DNA of 32,236 bases. It comes from Octopus sinensis. Taxonomy: Eukaryota. Below, one piece after another: positions 22,120-32,236 of this stretch. Below the pieces are notes generated by a model. The model worked only from the letters and a program-made list of their open reading frames with translations. It was not told the origin of the DNA and did not search any database. Both the position numbers and the translations under genes were made by a program. Position 1 is the stretch's first letter. Each line of letters begins with the position of its first letter. The stretch covers positions 1-32,236 of the forward strand of contig NW_021829622.1 in the NCBI RefSeq assembly GCF_006345805.1, given 5' to 3'.

Positions 22120-22780
22120 ACTTCACGATAAACAACATTCTTGGTCAAAGTTCTTTTCCATTAACATTGTGTGTTCTTGGCTGTGCTGCTGTATTCTGTT
22201 TGATCCGCGTATATGCGCACATACATACATGGTGGCTGCCCCTTCCTTATCGAGTATGGCCATTGCACGAAGCTTAATCAATGTTGTTATCGTGCAATGC
22301 CTGTGCAAGAAGATTCTTTTTAAAGTGAGGAAAGGCTGTGCAACTGAGTCAACCCCACTCACTAAGCAACAGCAGCCATAATCCGAAAAGAAGAACAAGT
22401 CAACATCATCGGTAACCACTGAGCCGCAGGTTTTATGTCGGAGTTATCCCAGTTACCTGAATTACCTTCTCCTAGAAGGATGCCCTAACAAAAGCTAGGA
22501 GTCCTCCACTCCCAATGGTTTAACCGCGCGATCGGGTATTCAGTCCGATTATTTCTATGTCCCCGCGCATGATACAGCCCTAAAACATTTATTGGATGGC
22601 CGTTGACTCTCAAGAGTTCCTCCGCCTTTTGACGGGTTTTGTTTTTCACCCCGCAGGGTGTCCAATAAACACCCTCCTCACCAAGCAAGCTTGTTGGGGT
22701 AGCCGGTTTAGTCGTCGACGACCCGAACATACAACAGGTTGTACTGGGTTACATGCTACCAGTAGCACTCGAAAGTGACC
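22120..22780 (-). mobile_element. Probable RTE-type LINE 5' UTR/leader fragment
   Basis: GC-richer, hairpin-rich segment containing gggcatccttctaggagaaggtaa...aaaacc, a motif I recall from RTE 5' UTRs. No ORF2 follows. Confidence 0.4.
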
Positions 22781-22837
22781 TGATATACATACATACATAC
22801 ATACATACACACATACATACATACATACATACATACA

Positions 22838-22871
<34 letters not shown>

Positions 22872-23164
22872 CATACATACGTACGTACGTACATACATAC
22901 GCCTTGAATCTAGATTAGAAATCGGCTCCTCTATTGGCAAGAAATAATGAAATAAAACTAAATAAAGATATACATACATATACATACACATGCGCTCACA
23001 CACACACATGCACGCATACACGTACATACACACACATGTATGTATGTACATATAAGTGTATGTATATATGTATGTCGAAACAATGAAGGAAAAATGCTAA
23101 TTAAGCGAGGTATAGACAGATAGTCACGACGTAGTGTTCAGAAAGATAACAATCTCAAAATTGT

Positions 23165-23400
23165 AATGTTAATGCAAGTTCGAATATGCTAAAAGCACGT
23201 TCGAACTTGGAAACATGCCATTCACCGTATTTTGTCGTGCAGAAAATTTCTCGCTGTAGGCATAAGGTGTAGATACACCCGAATCAGCTCGCAGCGCCAC
23301 CTATCCAGACTATGAGATGCAAGCATTTCGGCGTAATTATCTCCTCAACAGTCACAGAAACCGGACGGTGGCGCTGAGAGCTGATACGAGAGACAATCCC
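23165..23400. mobile_element. Partial/rearranged copy of the 24365-24647 MITE family
   Basis: Shares aatgttaatgcaagttcgaatatgctaaaagcacgttc and the inverted internal acacccgaatcagctcgcagcgccacctatcca. Confidence 0.75.
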
Positions 23401-23470
23401 TCTTATGTTTTTTACCGGTCAGCATACGTCGTTTAGCGAGTGGCAAAAAGAAAAGAACAATAAGCTGAAT

Positions 23471-23796
23471 TTATATAAGACTCCGCCGGTTCCCACGACG
23501 AGGGTCCCAGCTGATCCGATCAACGGAACAGCCTGCTCGTGAAATTAACGTGCAAATGGCTGAGCATTCCACAGACACGTGTACCCTTAACGTAGTTCTC
23601 GGGGATAATCAGCGTGACACAGAGAGTGACAAGGCTGACCCTTTGAAATACAAGTACAACTCATTTTTGCCAGCTGAGTGGACTGGAGCAACGTGAAATA
23701 AAGTGTCTTACTCAAGGACACAACGCGTCGCCGGGAATCGAACTCACAACCTTACGATCATGAGCCGAATGCCCTAACCACTAAGCCACGCGCCCT
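23471..23796 (-). mobile_element. tRNA-derived SINE family C, full length with 13-bp TSD
   Basis: rc head gggcgcgtggcttagtggttagggcattcggc...gagttcgattcccgg (A/B boxes) and gtgtccttgagtaagacactt body. TSD caataagctgaat at 23458-23470 and 23797-23809. Confidence 0.9.
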
Positions 23797-24059
23797 CAAT
23801 AAGCTGAATAAGTGACAATTTATTACTTTCGCTGCAAAATAAGATTGCCAAAAGGGGATGCCAATTATATTATAGTCTGGAACAAGTATTTAAATGACTT
23901 CAGTTCTGTTGGGTCTGTTGATGTGATTGTGGTCTGCTGTCTGGAGCGATAAAGATGAAGACTTGAGAAAGCTGATTGAAGAAAGTTGTGAGACAGGTTC
24001 GATTTCTGGCTCAGTGGCGCTGGCCCAATGAGATGTGGTGCGCGTGGTCAATGGCTGCT

Positions 24060-24235
24060 GCTAAAGGCCAAGAGAGGCAAAATACGAGGGCTTTTATAAC
24101 CTTGGGTAGGCTCCAGAGACAAAGTGATTTTTTTCTGCGCTGCAAAGAAACTGTTGCAAACATGCGATTGGACAGTTAAAACCGACCAATACATGCAACT
24201 AGTTTGGCAAGCCACTGGATCACGTGACTCAATGG
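24060..24235 (-). promoter_or_regulatory. Candidate Pol II core promoter (TATA + CCAAT + E-box/AP-1)
   Basis: TATAAAAG on the minus strand at 24098-24091, CCAAT motifs at 24167-24171 and 24186-24190, and TCACGTGACTCA at 24220-24231. The initiator match is weak. Confidence 0.3.
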
Positions 24236-24364
24236 AAAGTAAAGATCTGTTGAGCCTATTCTGCAGTATTTAAGCTTAAACAACCAAACGTAATGAAAAA
24301 AGCATTACACATTTCTGCCACAGTCGGCTGGTAGCGCAAATCGACGGCTCATCCCAATTAAATT

Positions 24365-24647
24365 ATGGAGTGAGTGTACTAATCAGTGATAAGTAAAAAT
24401 GGAATGTTAATACCAGTTCGAATATACTAAAGGCACGTTCGGACTTGTAAATGAGCCATTCACAGTTTGGATAGGTGGCGCTGCGAGCTGATTCGGGTGT
24501 ATTTACACCTTATGTCGACAGAGAAATTTTCTCTACGACAAAACACGGTGAATGGCCTGTTTACAAGCACGAACGTGCTTTTAGCATATTCGAACTGGCA
24601 TTAGCATTGCATTTTTACTTATCACCGCTTAGCAAACTCACCTCGTA
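24365..24647. mobile_element. Tc1/mariner-type MITE with ~95-bp TIRs
   Basis: tatggagtgagtgtactaatcagtgataagtaaaaatg...catttttacttatcaccgcttagcaaactcacctcgta; TA termini. Confidence 0.75.
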
Positions 24648-24737
24648 AAAGAATCTTAACTTAATTATAGCTTGTCTGTCTTTCTACTTCATATGAATAA
24701 GTGTATATATATGTATGAATATATGTATGTATCTATA

Positions 24738-25138
24738 AAAGCGGCGAGCTGGCAGAAAAGTTAGCACGCCGGGCGAAATGCTTAGCGGTATTTCGTCTGC
24801 GTTACGTTCTGAGTTCAAATTCCGCCGAGGTCGACTATGCCTTTCATCCTTTCTGGGTCGATAAATTAAGTACCAGTTACGCACTGGAGTCGATGTAATC
24901 GACTTAATCCGTTTGTCTGTGCTTGTTTGTCCTCTCTGTGTTTAGCCCCTTGAGGATAGTAAAGAAATAGGTATTTCATCTGTCTTTACGTTCTGAGTTA
25001 AAATTCCACCGATTTTGACTTTGCCTTTCATTCTTTCGAGATCGTTAAATTAAATACTAGTTGAGTACTGGCGTCGACCTAATCGACTGGCCCCCTCCCC
25101 AAAATTTCGGGCCTTGTACCTAGAGTAGAAAAGAACAT
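24738..25138 (+). mobile_element. SINE family B, two tandem units
   Basis: Intact head gcggcgagctggcagaaaagttagcacgccgggcg; units at 24787 and 24970. Confidence 0.9.
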
Positions 25139-25384
25139 TATGTATCTATTCAAGTATGTACATATATACACACATAAAGAAACACCACACCTCCCAGAAT
25201 CATTAGGATTTCGGCACTCGGGAAAAGTTGGTATCTTTAATCTGGGAAGCACTGAGGCTCGTACAGAGCAAAATGAAATCTTGTGGCTAAAAAACACACG
25301 GGACGTTTAAGAAGACCCACGACCGAAAAAAGACGAAGATATATGACTGATAGGAAACAACAACTTATACTTAGTTTATATTTT

Positions 25385-25795
25385 ATGTTTTTCGTTTACT
25401 TTTTCGGTCATTAGACTGCGGCCATGCTGGAGCAACGCCTTGAAGTATTTTTAGTTGAACGCTTCGACACCAGGACTTATTTCCTTTTAAAACCTGGTAC
25501 TCATTCTATCGGTCACTTCTGCCGAACCGCTAACACACCAAAACTGGTTGTCAAGGGCAGGTGGGGGACAAACATAGACACAAACACATAAACACGCACG
25601 CACACACATACACATTCACACGCACATACAACGGGCTTCGTTCAGTTTCCGTCTACCAAATCCTCTCACAAGACTATGGTCGGCCCAACGCTATAGTAGA
25701 AGACACTTGCCCAAGGTGCCACGCAGTGGATCTGAACCCGGAACCATGTGGCCAAGTGGTTGGGAAGCAAACCTCTTACCACACGGTCACGCATG
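25385..25795 (-). mobile_element. SINE family A, near full length
   Basis: Head, (CA) tract and 3' segment present. Confidence 0.9.
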
Positions 25796-26099
25796 CGTCT
25801 ACTATTTGTTCTTGTTATTCTTTATATGAGTTTTTTTTTTGTCTTCATCTCACCGTTTCCTATCGTAAGACTCTAGTAAGTCCCCATGTGGTTTTACTCG
25901 GAAGACAGCATTCCTATTTGTACTTGTATCCTGTTTAAAAATTAATTTGCTCGTCTTTCCGTAATTAATTTCACGAAGGATCGAGAGATTTGTTCTTTTC
26001 TGTTTTCTGTTTTCTTTTTCTTTTCTTTTCTTTTTTTTCTTCTTTTTTTTTCTTTTTTTCTTTTTTTTTTCTTTTTTTTTTTTTTGCTCAGTTTGTTTA

Positions 26100-26720
26100 C
26101 TTAGGTTTTGGCATCACCGTTAGCCTCGATATGCGTAAATCTGAGGGAGCAATCTCTTACATTTGTCAATACTATGACTCATATATATATGTTATTTAGT
26201 GCAACCTGGTGATATTGATGATCTTATCTGTCTTTGTTAAATCAACAATAACAAGTTATGCGTTTTTTTATGTTGTTACTATTTTATCAACAGCAGTTGA
26301 TAGAGAAATCTTTTATCTACTTGAATTCTTTTACTATTTCCGCTTCAAGATAATTGCAATTTTCAAAATTTCCATCTTTCCAATTTTCAAATCTCAACTT
26401 TATTATTCATATTTTCGTTGTCGGTGTTCTTGAGGTAAACTCTGATTTTGTTGCGCTTTCCGGTGTATTTTCTTAGTTTTACATGCGCCATGTCTCTCTT
26501 TGCCGTTTACGTTCAACTTTAATGGTTTAATTTTGGTGCACTGCATTTCTGACTTGGCGCCTTCTTCGTCGTATTTCATTATCTGATATATCTTTGGTTT
26601 TGAGAATATGCCTTCTTAGTTTAAGTTATCTTTTAGGATCTACACTTATTATCATATCAGGTTTATTATTTACAGATATTCGGTGTGCGGTTGTAGTCCT
26701 GTGTTTTAGCAGAATATGGC
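26100..26720 (-). pseudogene. Possible very old retroelement coding relic (PLE RT N-terminal part or RLE-LINE)
   Basis: Scattered motifs NNKPDMII, YLKNTDNENMNNK, IGKMEILKI and LVIVDLTK with many stops. Confidence 0.2.
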
Positions 26721-26769
26721 TGTCAAATATGTACGCCGTATAAAAACATATTCTTCTTCCGTTCGAATA

Positions 26770-27075
26770 TGCGTTTCGTTTGTGTGTGTTTGTTTGTGTG
26801 TGTGTCTGTCTGTGCGTGTGTTTCTGCTTGTGTGAATGTGTGTTTGTGTGCGTGTGTGTTTGTGTTTGTGTGCGTATTTGTGTGTCTGTGCGTGTGTTTA
26901 TGTTTGTGTGAATGTGTGTTTGTGTGTGTGTGTGTTTGTGCGTGTCTATGTGTCTGTGTTTGTGTGCGTATTTGTGTGTCTGTGCGTGTGTTTATGTTTG
27001 TGTGAATGTGTGCGTATGTATGTGTGTGCTTGTGTGTGCATAGGTGCGCGCGCGCACGCGCGTGTGTGTGTGTGT
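26770..27075. repeat. Degenerate (TG)-rich minisatellite
   Basis: Directly visible; repeated gtgtttgtgtgcgtatttgtgtgtctgtgcgtgtgtttatgtttgtgtgaatgtgtg block. Confidence 0.9.
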
Positions 27076-27089
27076 TTCAATTAGTTATC

Positions 27090-27290
27090 AACGTATTTGT
27101 TTCTGACGATTTGGAGTTTTACATGCTTCATTCTCCGAACAAATCGACCCCAGGACTTGTTCCTTTTAAGCCTAGTACTTATTCCATCGGCCTCTTTTGC
27201 CGAACGGCTAAGTTTCGAGGGCAAAAACACACCAATATCAATTGTCAAGTGATGATGGAGGGGGGGACAAACACAGATACACAATACACA
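27090..27290 (-). mobile_element. SINE family A, 3' half
   Basis: aaatcgaccccaggacttg...cttttgccgaacggctaag...gggggacaaacacagatac. Confidence 0.85.
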
Positions 27291-27411
27291 CATATTATAT
27301 ACATACATAAATACATACATACATACATGCATGCATGCATGCATACATACATACATACATACATACATACATACATACATACATACATTTATATATATAT
27401 ATGCATATTAA

Positions 27412-28300
27412 TTGGCCCTTTTCGTCTATGCAGACGATCAGTTTTGCTTAGAGGTCACTTAATCGAACATATCAGGGGCTCCTTTCTTGCAGCTTCTGTC
27501 ACAGTACTTGCATACCAAGAGGGTGACTCGGCTCTCTGCATTTCTGTTGTTTTCCTTTCACCACTGACGCTTCTCAACTTTGTTTGTTTCTGTAGCTGTT
27601 CTCTAGCAAAGCAGTTCCTTCCTTCACCACAGTCCTCCATGTTGATCTGTCCTCACAGGTGCCGACATCCACCTGACACTTGAACAAGCTAGTTTTGCAA
27701 GTGTCCTTATAGCTCAGTTTTTGGTCTTCCTCTTGGTTTCTTGCCCTGGACCTATTCTCCATAGAGTAGTTGCTTCGGGGTCCGATGGTCATCCATTCTC
27801 TTGACATGCCCCAGCCACCTCAGTTTTCTCATACACAAGATAACTGTCATGCTTTGAAGATTCGCTTGGGCCAGCACTTTAACATTGGTGATCTTGTCAC
27901 GCCATATTAGGCGTAGGATCTTGCAGAGGCATCTGAAATGGAAAACGCCGAGGCACCTTTCCTGTCTGCTGTACAAGGTCCATGTTTCAGATCCACAGAG
28001 AAGTGTGCTGAGAGCAGATGCTTCACAAATCCTGATCTTTGTCTTGATGTCTAATCTCTTGTTCTTCCATACACGTTTTGTCAGCCTTCCAAAAGTTGTT
28101 GCTGCCTTCCCTATCCTAACATTAATCTCATCATCAAGTGAAGTAGTAGAGGAACTGGTAGACCCTAGATAGCAGAACCTGTCCACTTTCTCAAGCTCTT
28201 TGTCATCAAGCTTGATATGGCCTTTCACTGCACCCTCCTGAGTGAGGATGACAGTCTTCTTGTGAACCCGACACTATAGCCTGTGAGCCTTGCACCTTCA
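27412..28300 (-). mobile_element. RTE (BovB-like) LINE, 5'-truncated: RT C-terminal region
   Basis: ELEKVDRFCYLGS...DDEINVRIGKAATTFGRL..VW...LSTLLCGSETW...LRWLGHVKRMDDHRTPKQLLYGE, then GRPK and a terminal CKYCDRSC motif. Confidence 0.92.
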
Positions 28301-28509
28301 CAGTAATAACATAGGCTTTTATGCAAGAGGGTAAACGACGGAATACATTATATAGCATAGGGGAATGAGAGGGGTAAGTCTCAAAATCACTGACACAGAG
28401 GATTCCTCATGCATGGAATCATTTCTGGTTGCTGCTATTCAGCCGTAGATCAGCCATATTTGAGCAGATATGATTGGCGCGTTCCATTTGCGACCACTCC
28501 TTTGAATCT

Positions 28510-28950
28510 TTTATCGCTTTTCGTTTTCTTGCTTCAGCAATCAGACGGCGGCCATGCTGGGGCACAACAGTGAAGAATTTTTAGTTGAACGAATCGACCC
28601 CGGTGCCGTATTTCTAAACCCTGTTACCTTATTCTATCGATCTATTTTGCCGAAGCACTAAATTACGGAGCCGTAAACTCACTAGCACCGGTTGTCAAAC
28701 GGTGGTTGAGGACAAACACAGACACAGTGTCACACACACATAGCTGTGTGCCCCCCACACACACACGCACACATACACACACACATATATATCTATATAT
28801 AATGGGCTTCTTTCAGTTTCCGCCTACCAAATCCACTGACAAGGCTTTGGTCTGCCCGAGGCTATAGTAGAAGACACTTGCCCAAGGTTCCACACAGTGG
28901 GACTGAACCCAGAACCATGTGGTTGGGAAGCAAGCTTCTTACCACACCAA
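28510..28950 (-). mobile_element. SINE family A, full length
   Basis: All family segments present. Confidence 0.9.
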
Positions 28951-28960
28951 TCATGCCTGC

Positions 28961-29025
<65 letters not shown>

Positions 29026-29026
29026 G

Positions 29027-29068
<42 letters not shown>

Positions 29069-29194
29069 GGTTGTATGTATGTATTACATGTATGCATATA
29101 TATATATATATATGTGTGTGTGTATGCGTGTATGCATAGTGTGTAAATATATAGAGAGGAAAGGGAGTGAGAGACACAAACTGAAATAAATGTG

Positions 29195-29211
29195 TGTAGT
29201 AGTAGTAGTAT

Positions 29212-29283
<72 letters not shown>

Positions 29284-29285
29284 AT
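29195..29285. repeat. (TAG)n microsatellite
   Basis: Directly visible. Confidence 0.95.
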
Positions 29286-29459
29286 AGACAGCTATCCATA
29301 AAGCGAGGCAATAAACTTTTAGTGCATCCAAGCGAGAATTGTTCTAACACTGAGAGTGCACAACGTATCAACAAGTAGCCGGTGTTATAATTTTATGTCT
29401 GTATGAATTAAAGAAACAAGAAAAGTAAGAAATAAGCCTGAAATAAGCCACATACAACA

Positions 29460-29958
29460 AATGTGTATGTGAATGTGTGTGCATGTGTGTGTGTGAATGT
29501 GTGTGCATGTGTGGTGTGTGAATGTGTGTGCATGTGTGTGCATGTGTGTGCAAATGCGTGTGCATGTGTGTGTGTGTATGTGTGTGCAAATGTGTGTGAA
29601 TGTGTTTGAATGTGTGTGCATGTGTGTGTGAATGTGTGTGTATGTGTGTGTGAATGTGTCTGTATGTGTGTGTGAATGTGTGTGCATGTGTGTGTGAATA
29701 TGTGTGCATGGGTGTGTGTATGTGTGTGTGAATGTATGTGTATGTGTATGCAAGTGTGTGTGTATGTGTGAATGTGTGTGTATGTGTGTGTGTGTGTGGA
29801 TGTGTATGTGTTGGTGAATGTATGAGTATGTGTGAATGTGTGTGTATGTATGTATGTGTGTATGTGTGAATGTGTGTGTGTATGTATGTATGTGTGTATG
29901 TGTGAATGTGTGTGTATGTGTGTATGTGGTATGTGTGAATGTGTGTGTATGTGTGTGT
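29460..29958. repeat. (TG)-based minisatellite (atgtgtgtgc / atgtgtgtga units)
   Basis: Directly visible; source of HT-rich pseudo-ORFs. Confidence 0.92.
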
Positions 29959-30164
29959 TAGGACAAGGACATCCACCGATGTCCAGTCAAGACTTTGGCC
30001 AACCATTCAAAGCTGCGGTAGAATATGTTTGTCGTAAGGTGATGGAAGGGTTGTGGAATCGAACCGTGAACCACGTGGTTACCAAGCGAACCCCTTTTAA
30101 ACCATGCATCCAGATGAAACTAGCTCTCCGTTTCCATCAGATCGAGAGACCATTCACTGGCTCC

Positions 30165-30340
30165 GGCGACGATGATGATGACGATGGTGGTGGTGGTGGG
30201 GGGTGATGATGGCGGTGGCGGTGTTGGTGGTGGCGGTGGAGATTGTGGCGGTGGCGGTGACAGCAGTAGTAGTAGTAGTGATGATGATGATGATGATGAT
30301 GATGATGACGACGATGATGACGAAGATAGTGATGATGATC
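30165..30340. repeat. (GAT)/(GGT)/(GGC)/(AGT) trinucleotide field
   Basis: Directly visible. Confidence 0.9.
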
Positions 30341-31084
30341 AGCATTATTTGCCGGATTACGGGTTCGGTTCGGTTCAGTTAAAAAAAAAAAAAATTTATA
30401 AATAATCGTTATATTTAGAATTTCACAGTTAGACAACAACAACAACAACAACAACTAATATTACAACAACAATTATAACAACAACAAGATCTAGATTCAT
30501 TGTCATAAAGAAGAAAAAAAAACTAAGTGGTGCGAACTTTGTCTTTTTACTGCAACGAACCAAAATCAATAAAGTCTGGCAGAAGAACTTAAATGTCATC
30601 GGGGTTGTTGTTTGTAGAAGATGTCCGAAGCGGAATCACTTAGTTCTCCAGCTAACTCCCTGGTTCCACATCTCAGCAAGAATTCCACAATCTAAAACGG
30701 TAAATAAAGATTCTTCTAATAAACAATCTCATCGTTTTAAATATTTTCTCCGAATACAAATATCTCGATTTCTCCCCACACACACATCCCCTCTCTCACT
30801 CTCCGATCATTGTTTTTATTTATTTTTTTTATCCATTATCGTTTATTGTTTATTTTTTATTTATACTTATATATTTAGCTTTGCAATATCTTTTAATGGT
30901 AGGATTCGAAGCTGGTTAAATTATTAACTTCTTTGAGTCATTGACGAAGTTGTTGTTGTTATTGCTGTTTAATCCCAGCTCAAAGATGATCGAGCAGTTC
31001 TTTGACCAAAGGTCATTTATCCATGACCTCTTCTTTTAGCTTGTTTTTTTTTTTTTGTTCTTCCAAACATATATCCTAAAGTAT

Positions 31085-32175
31085 ATTATACGCTACGGTT
31101 TTCATTTCTTAAAATGGTTTTGCCCAACTTTGACGACAGCCCCACTGCTGTAATCCATCTTGTGATCCGCAAGCAGAGATTCTAAACAAACACATGGCGC
31201 TCTCCGGTCCATTCCTGAGAAATCCCTGTCCAAAAATCGTGGCGCAAAGAATATCGTGGGGTGCACTCTGCCATTGCCCCATCAACAACTTTAAAATGTG
31301 TTCGAGGTCGTATGCCGTATACGAGGTAGTTAGTAGCAAATGTGGTTCATTCTACATCGGGAGTACTACCAGAAAACGACACGTGTACATCAAAGAACAA
31401 ATACACACTCAAAACTTCAATTCATAAACGCCTTGAGAGGGGCCAGACGCGGGACTTTACAGTTTTCATCAGAGCTACGTAATGTAACACAAGCAGCTTT
31501 CGAATCAAGGGGGCTATCCTAACCACATGGTTCCGGGTTCAGTCCCACTATATGACATCTTCGGCAAGTGTCTTCTACTACAGACTCGGACCGACCGAAG
31601 CCTTGTGAGTGGATTTGGTAGACGGAAACTGAAAGAAGCCCGTAGTCTGTGTGTGTATGTTTGTGTTTGTGTTTGTACCCCACCATCGCTTGGCAACCGG
31701 TGTTGGTGTGTTTACGTCCCTCGTATCGAGACCGAGAGAATATGTACCAGGTTTAGCAAAAATAATTGAGCAGTGGGGTTAGATTCATTTGACTAAAAAT
31801 TCTTCCCAGTGGTACCCCAGCATGGCCGCAGTTTAATGACTGAAACAAATAAAAGATAAACGATAAGATTTAATTAATAGATTGAAACCAACATTATACA
31901 GTAGAAACGGACGACGCGAAGTAGACAGGCGATAACGACACCAATCTGCCTACGTCACTATCGTCTGCTCAGATATCTGAACAACGATAATGGGTTTATT
32001 CCAGCCTCAGAAAGGTTCTAACAACCAAAATATCGAAACACAAGGTAAATTTTCAACTGTTGTTCTATTTTCACTTTTTGTAGTTCACTTTTGTATTTCA
32101 TTTCGCATTTTTTCGACCTTTCAACAAGTTTTGATTAATTTATTATCAGACAATACTTCCACATCAACTACTCCA

Positions 32176-32181
<6 letters not shown>
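31085..32181 (+). mobile_element. Penelope-like element 3' part: GIY-YIG endonuclease pseudogene + 3' UTR, split by a SINE
   Basis: LKMVLPNFDDS upstream, then AVYEVVSSKCGSFYIGSTTRKRHVYIKEQ (VY..C..C..YIG.T.R). After the SINE it resumes LINRLKPTLYSR (cf. EA..I...KP.LN). A T-rich UTR ends at (TA)n. Confidence 0.75.
31519..31868 (+). mobile_element. SINE family A, slightly 5'-truncated, inserted in the PLE endonuclease
   Basis: aaccacatggttccgggttcagtcccact...cagcatggccgcagtttaatgactgaaacaaataaaag. Confidence 0.9.

Positions 32182-32236
<55 letters not shown>
32182..32236. repeat. (TA)n microsatellite
   Basis: Directly visible. Confidence 0.95.

Noticed and set aside
32005-32045. HHR-like relic cctcagaaa-GGTT ctaac AACC-aaaa-tatc in the PLE 3' UTR
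   Set aside because: The position is suggestive, but both core boxes (CUGANGA, GAAA) and stem I are broken, so it is too degenerate to call.

Overview
Gene-poor, repeat-saturated eukaryotic DNA. The SINE families and microsatellite load look like a coleoid cephalopod (Octopus-like); this is from recall of those repeats and was not verified by search. I found no convincing host protein-coding exon, and most ORF-track entries are translations of microsatellites. The window holds three tRNA-derived SINE families and a 5' Gypsy LTR fragment (LTR, tRNA-Ser PBS, gag, protease). It also holds a dead mariner transposase, RTE and R4/Dong LINE fragments, hAT-, piggyBac- and mariner-type MITEs, and Penelope-like (PLE) relics. 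The least expected signal is a set of minimal type I hammerhead ribozyme (HHR) motifs: 2484-2523 (+), 18123-18169 (-) and a damaged one at 201-234 (+). The 18.1-kb ribozyme sits inside a 422-bp fold-back element whose inverted-repeat junction coincides with the predicted cleavage triplet. Also notable are a 0.7-0.9-kb inverted duplication (13329-14196 / 15919-16629) and a SINE family that recurs as ~184-bp head-to-tail multimers.
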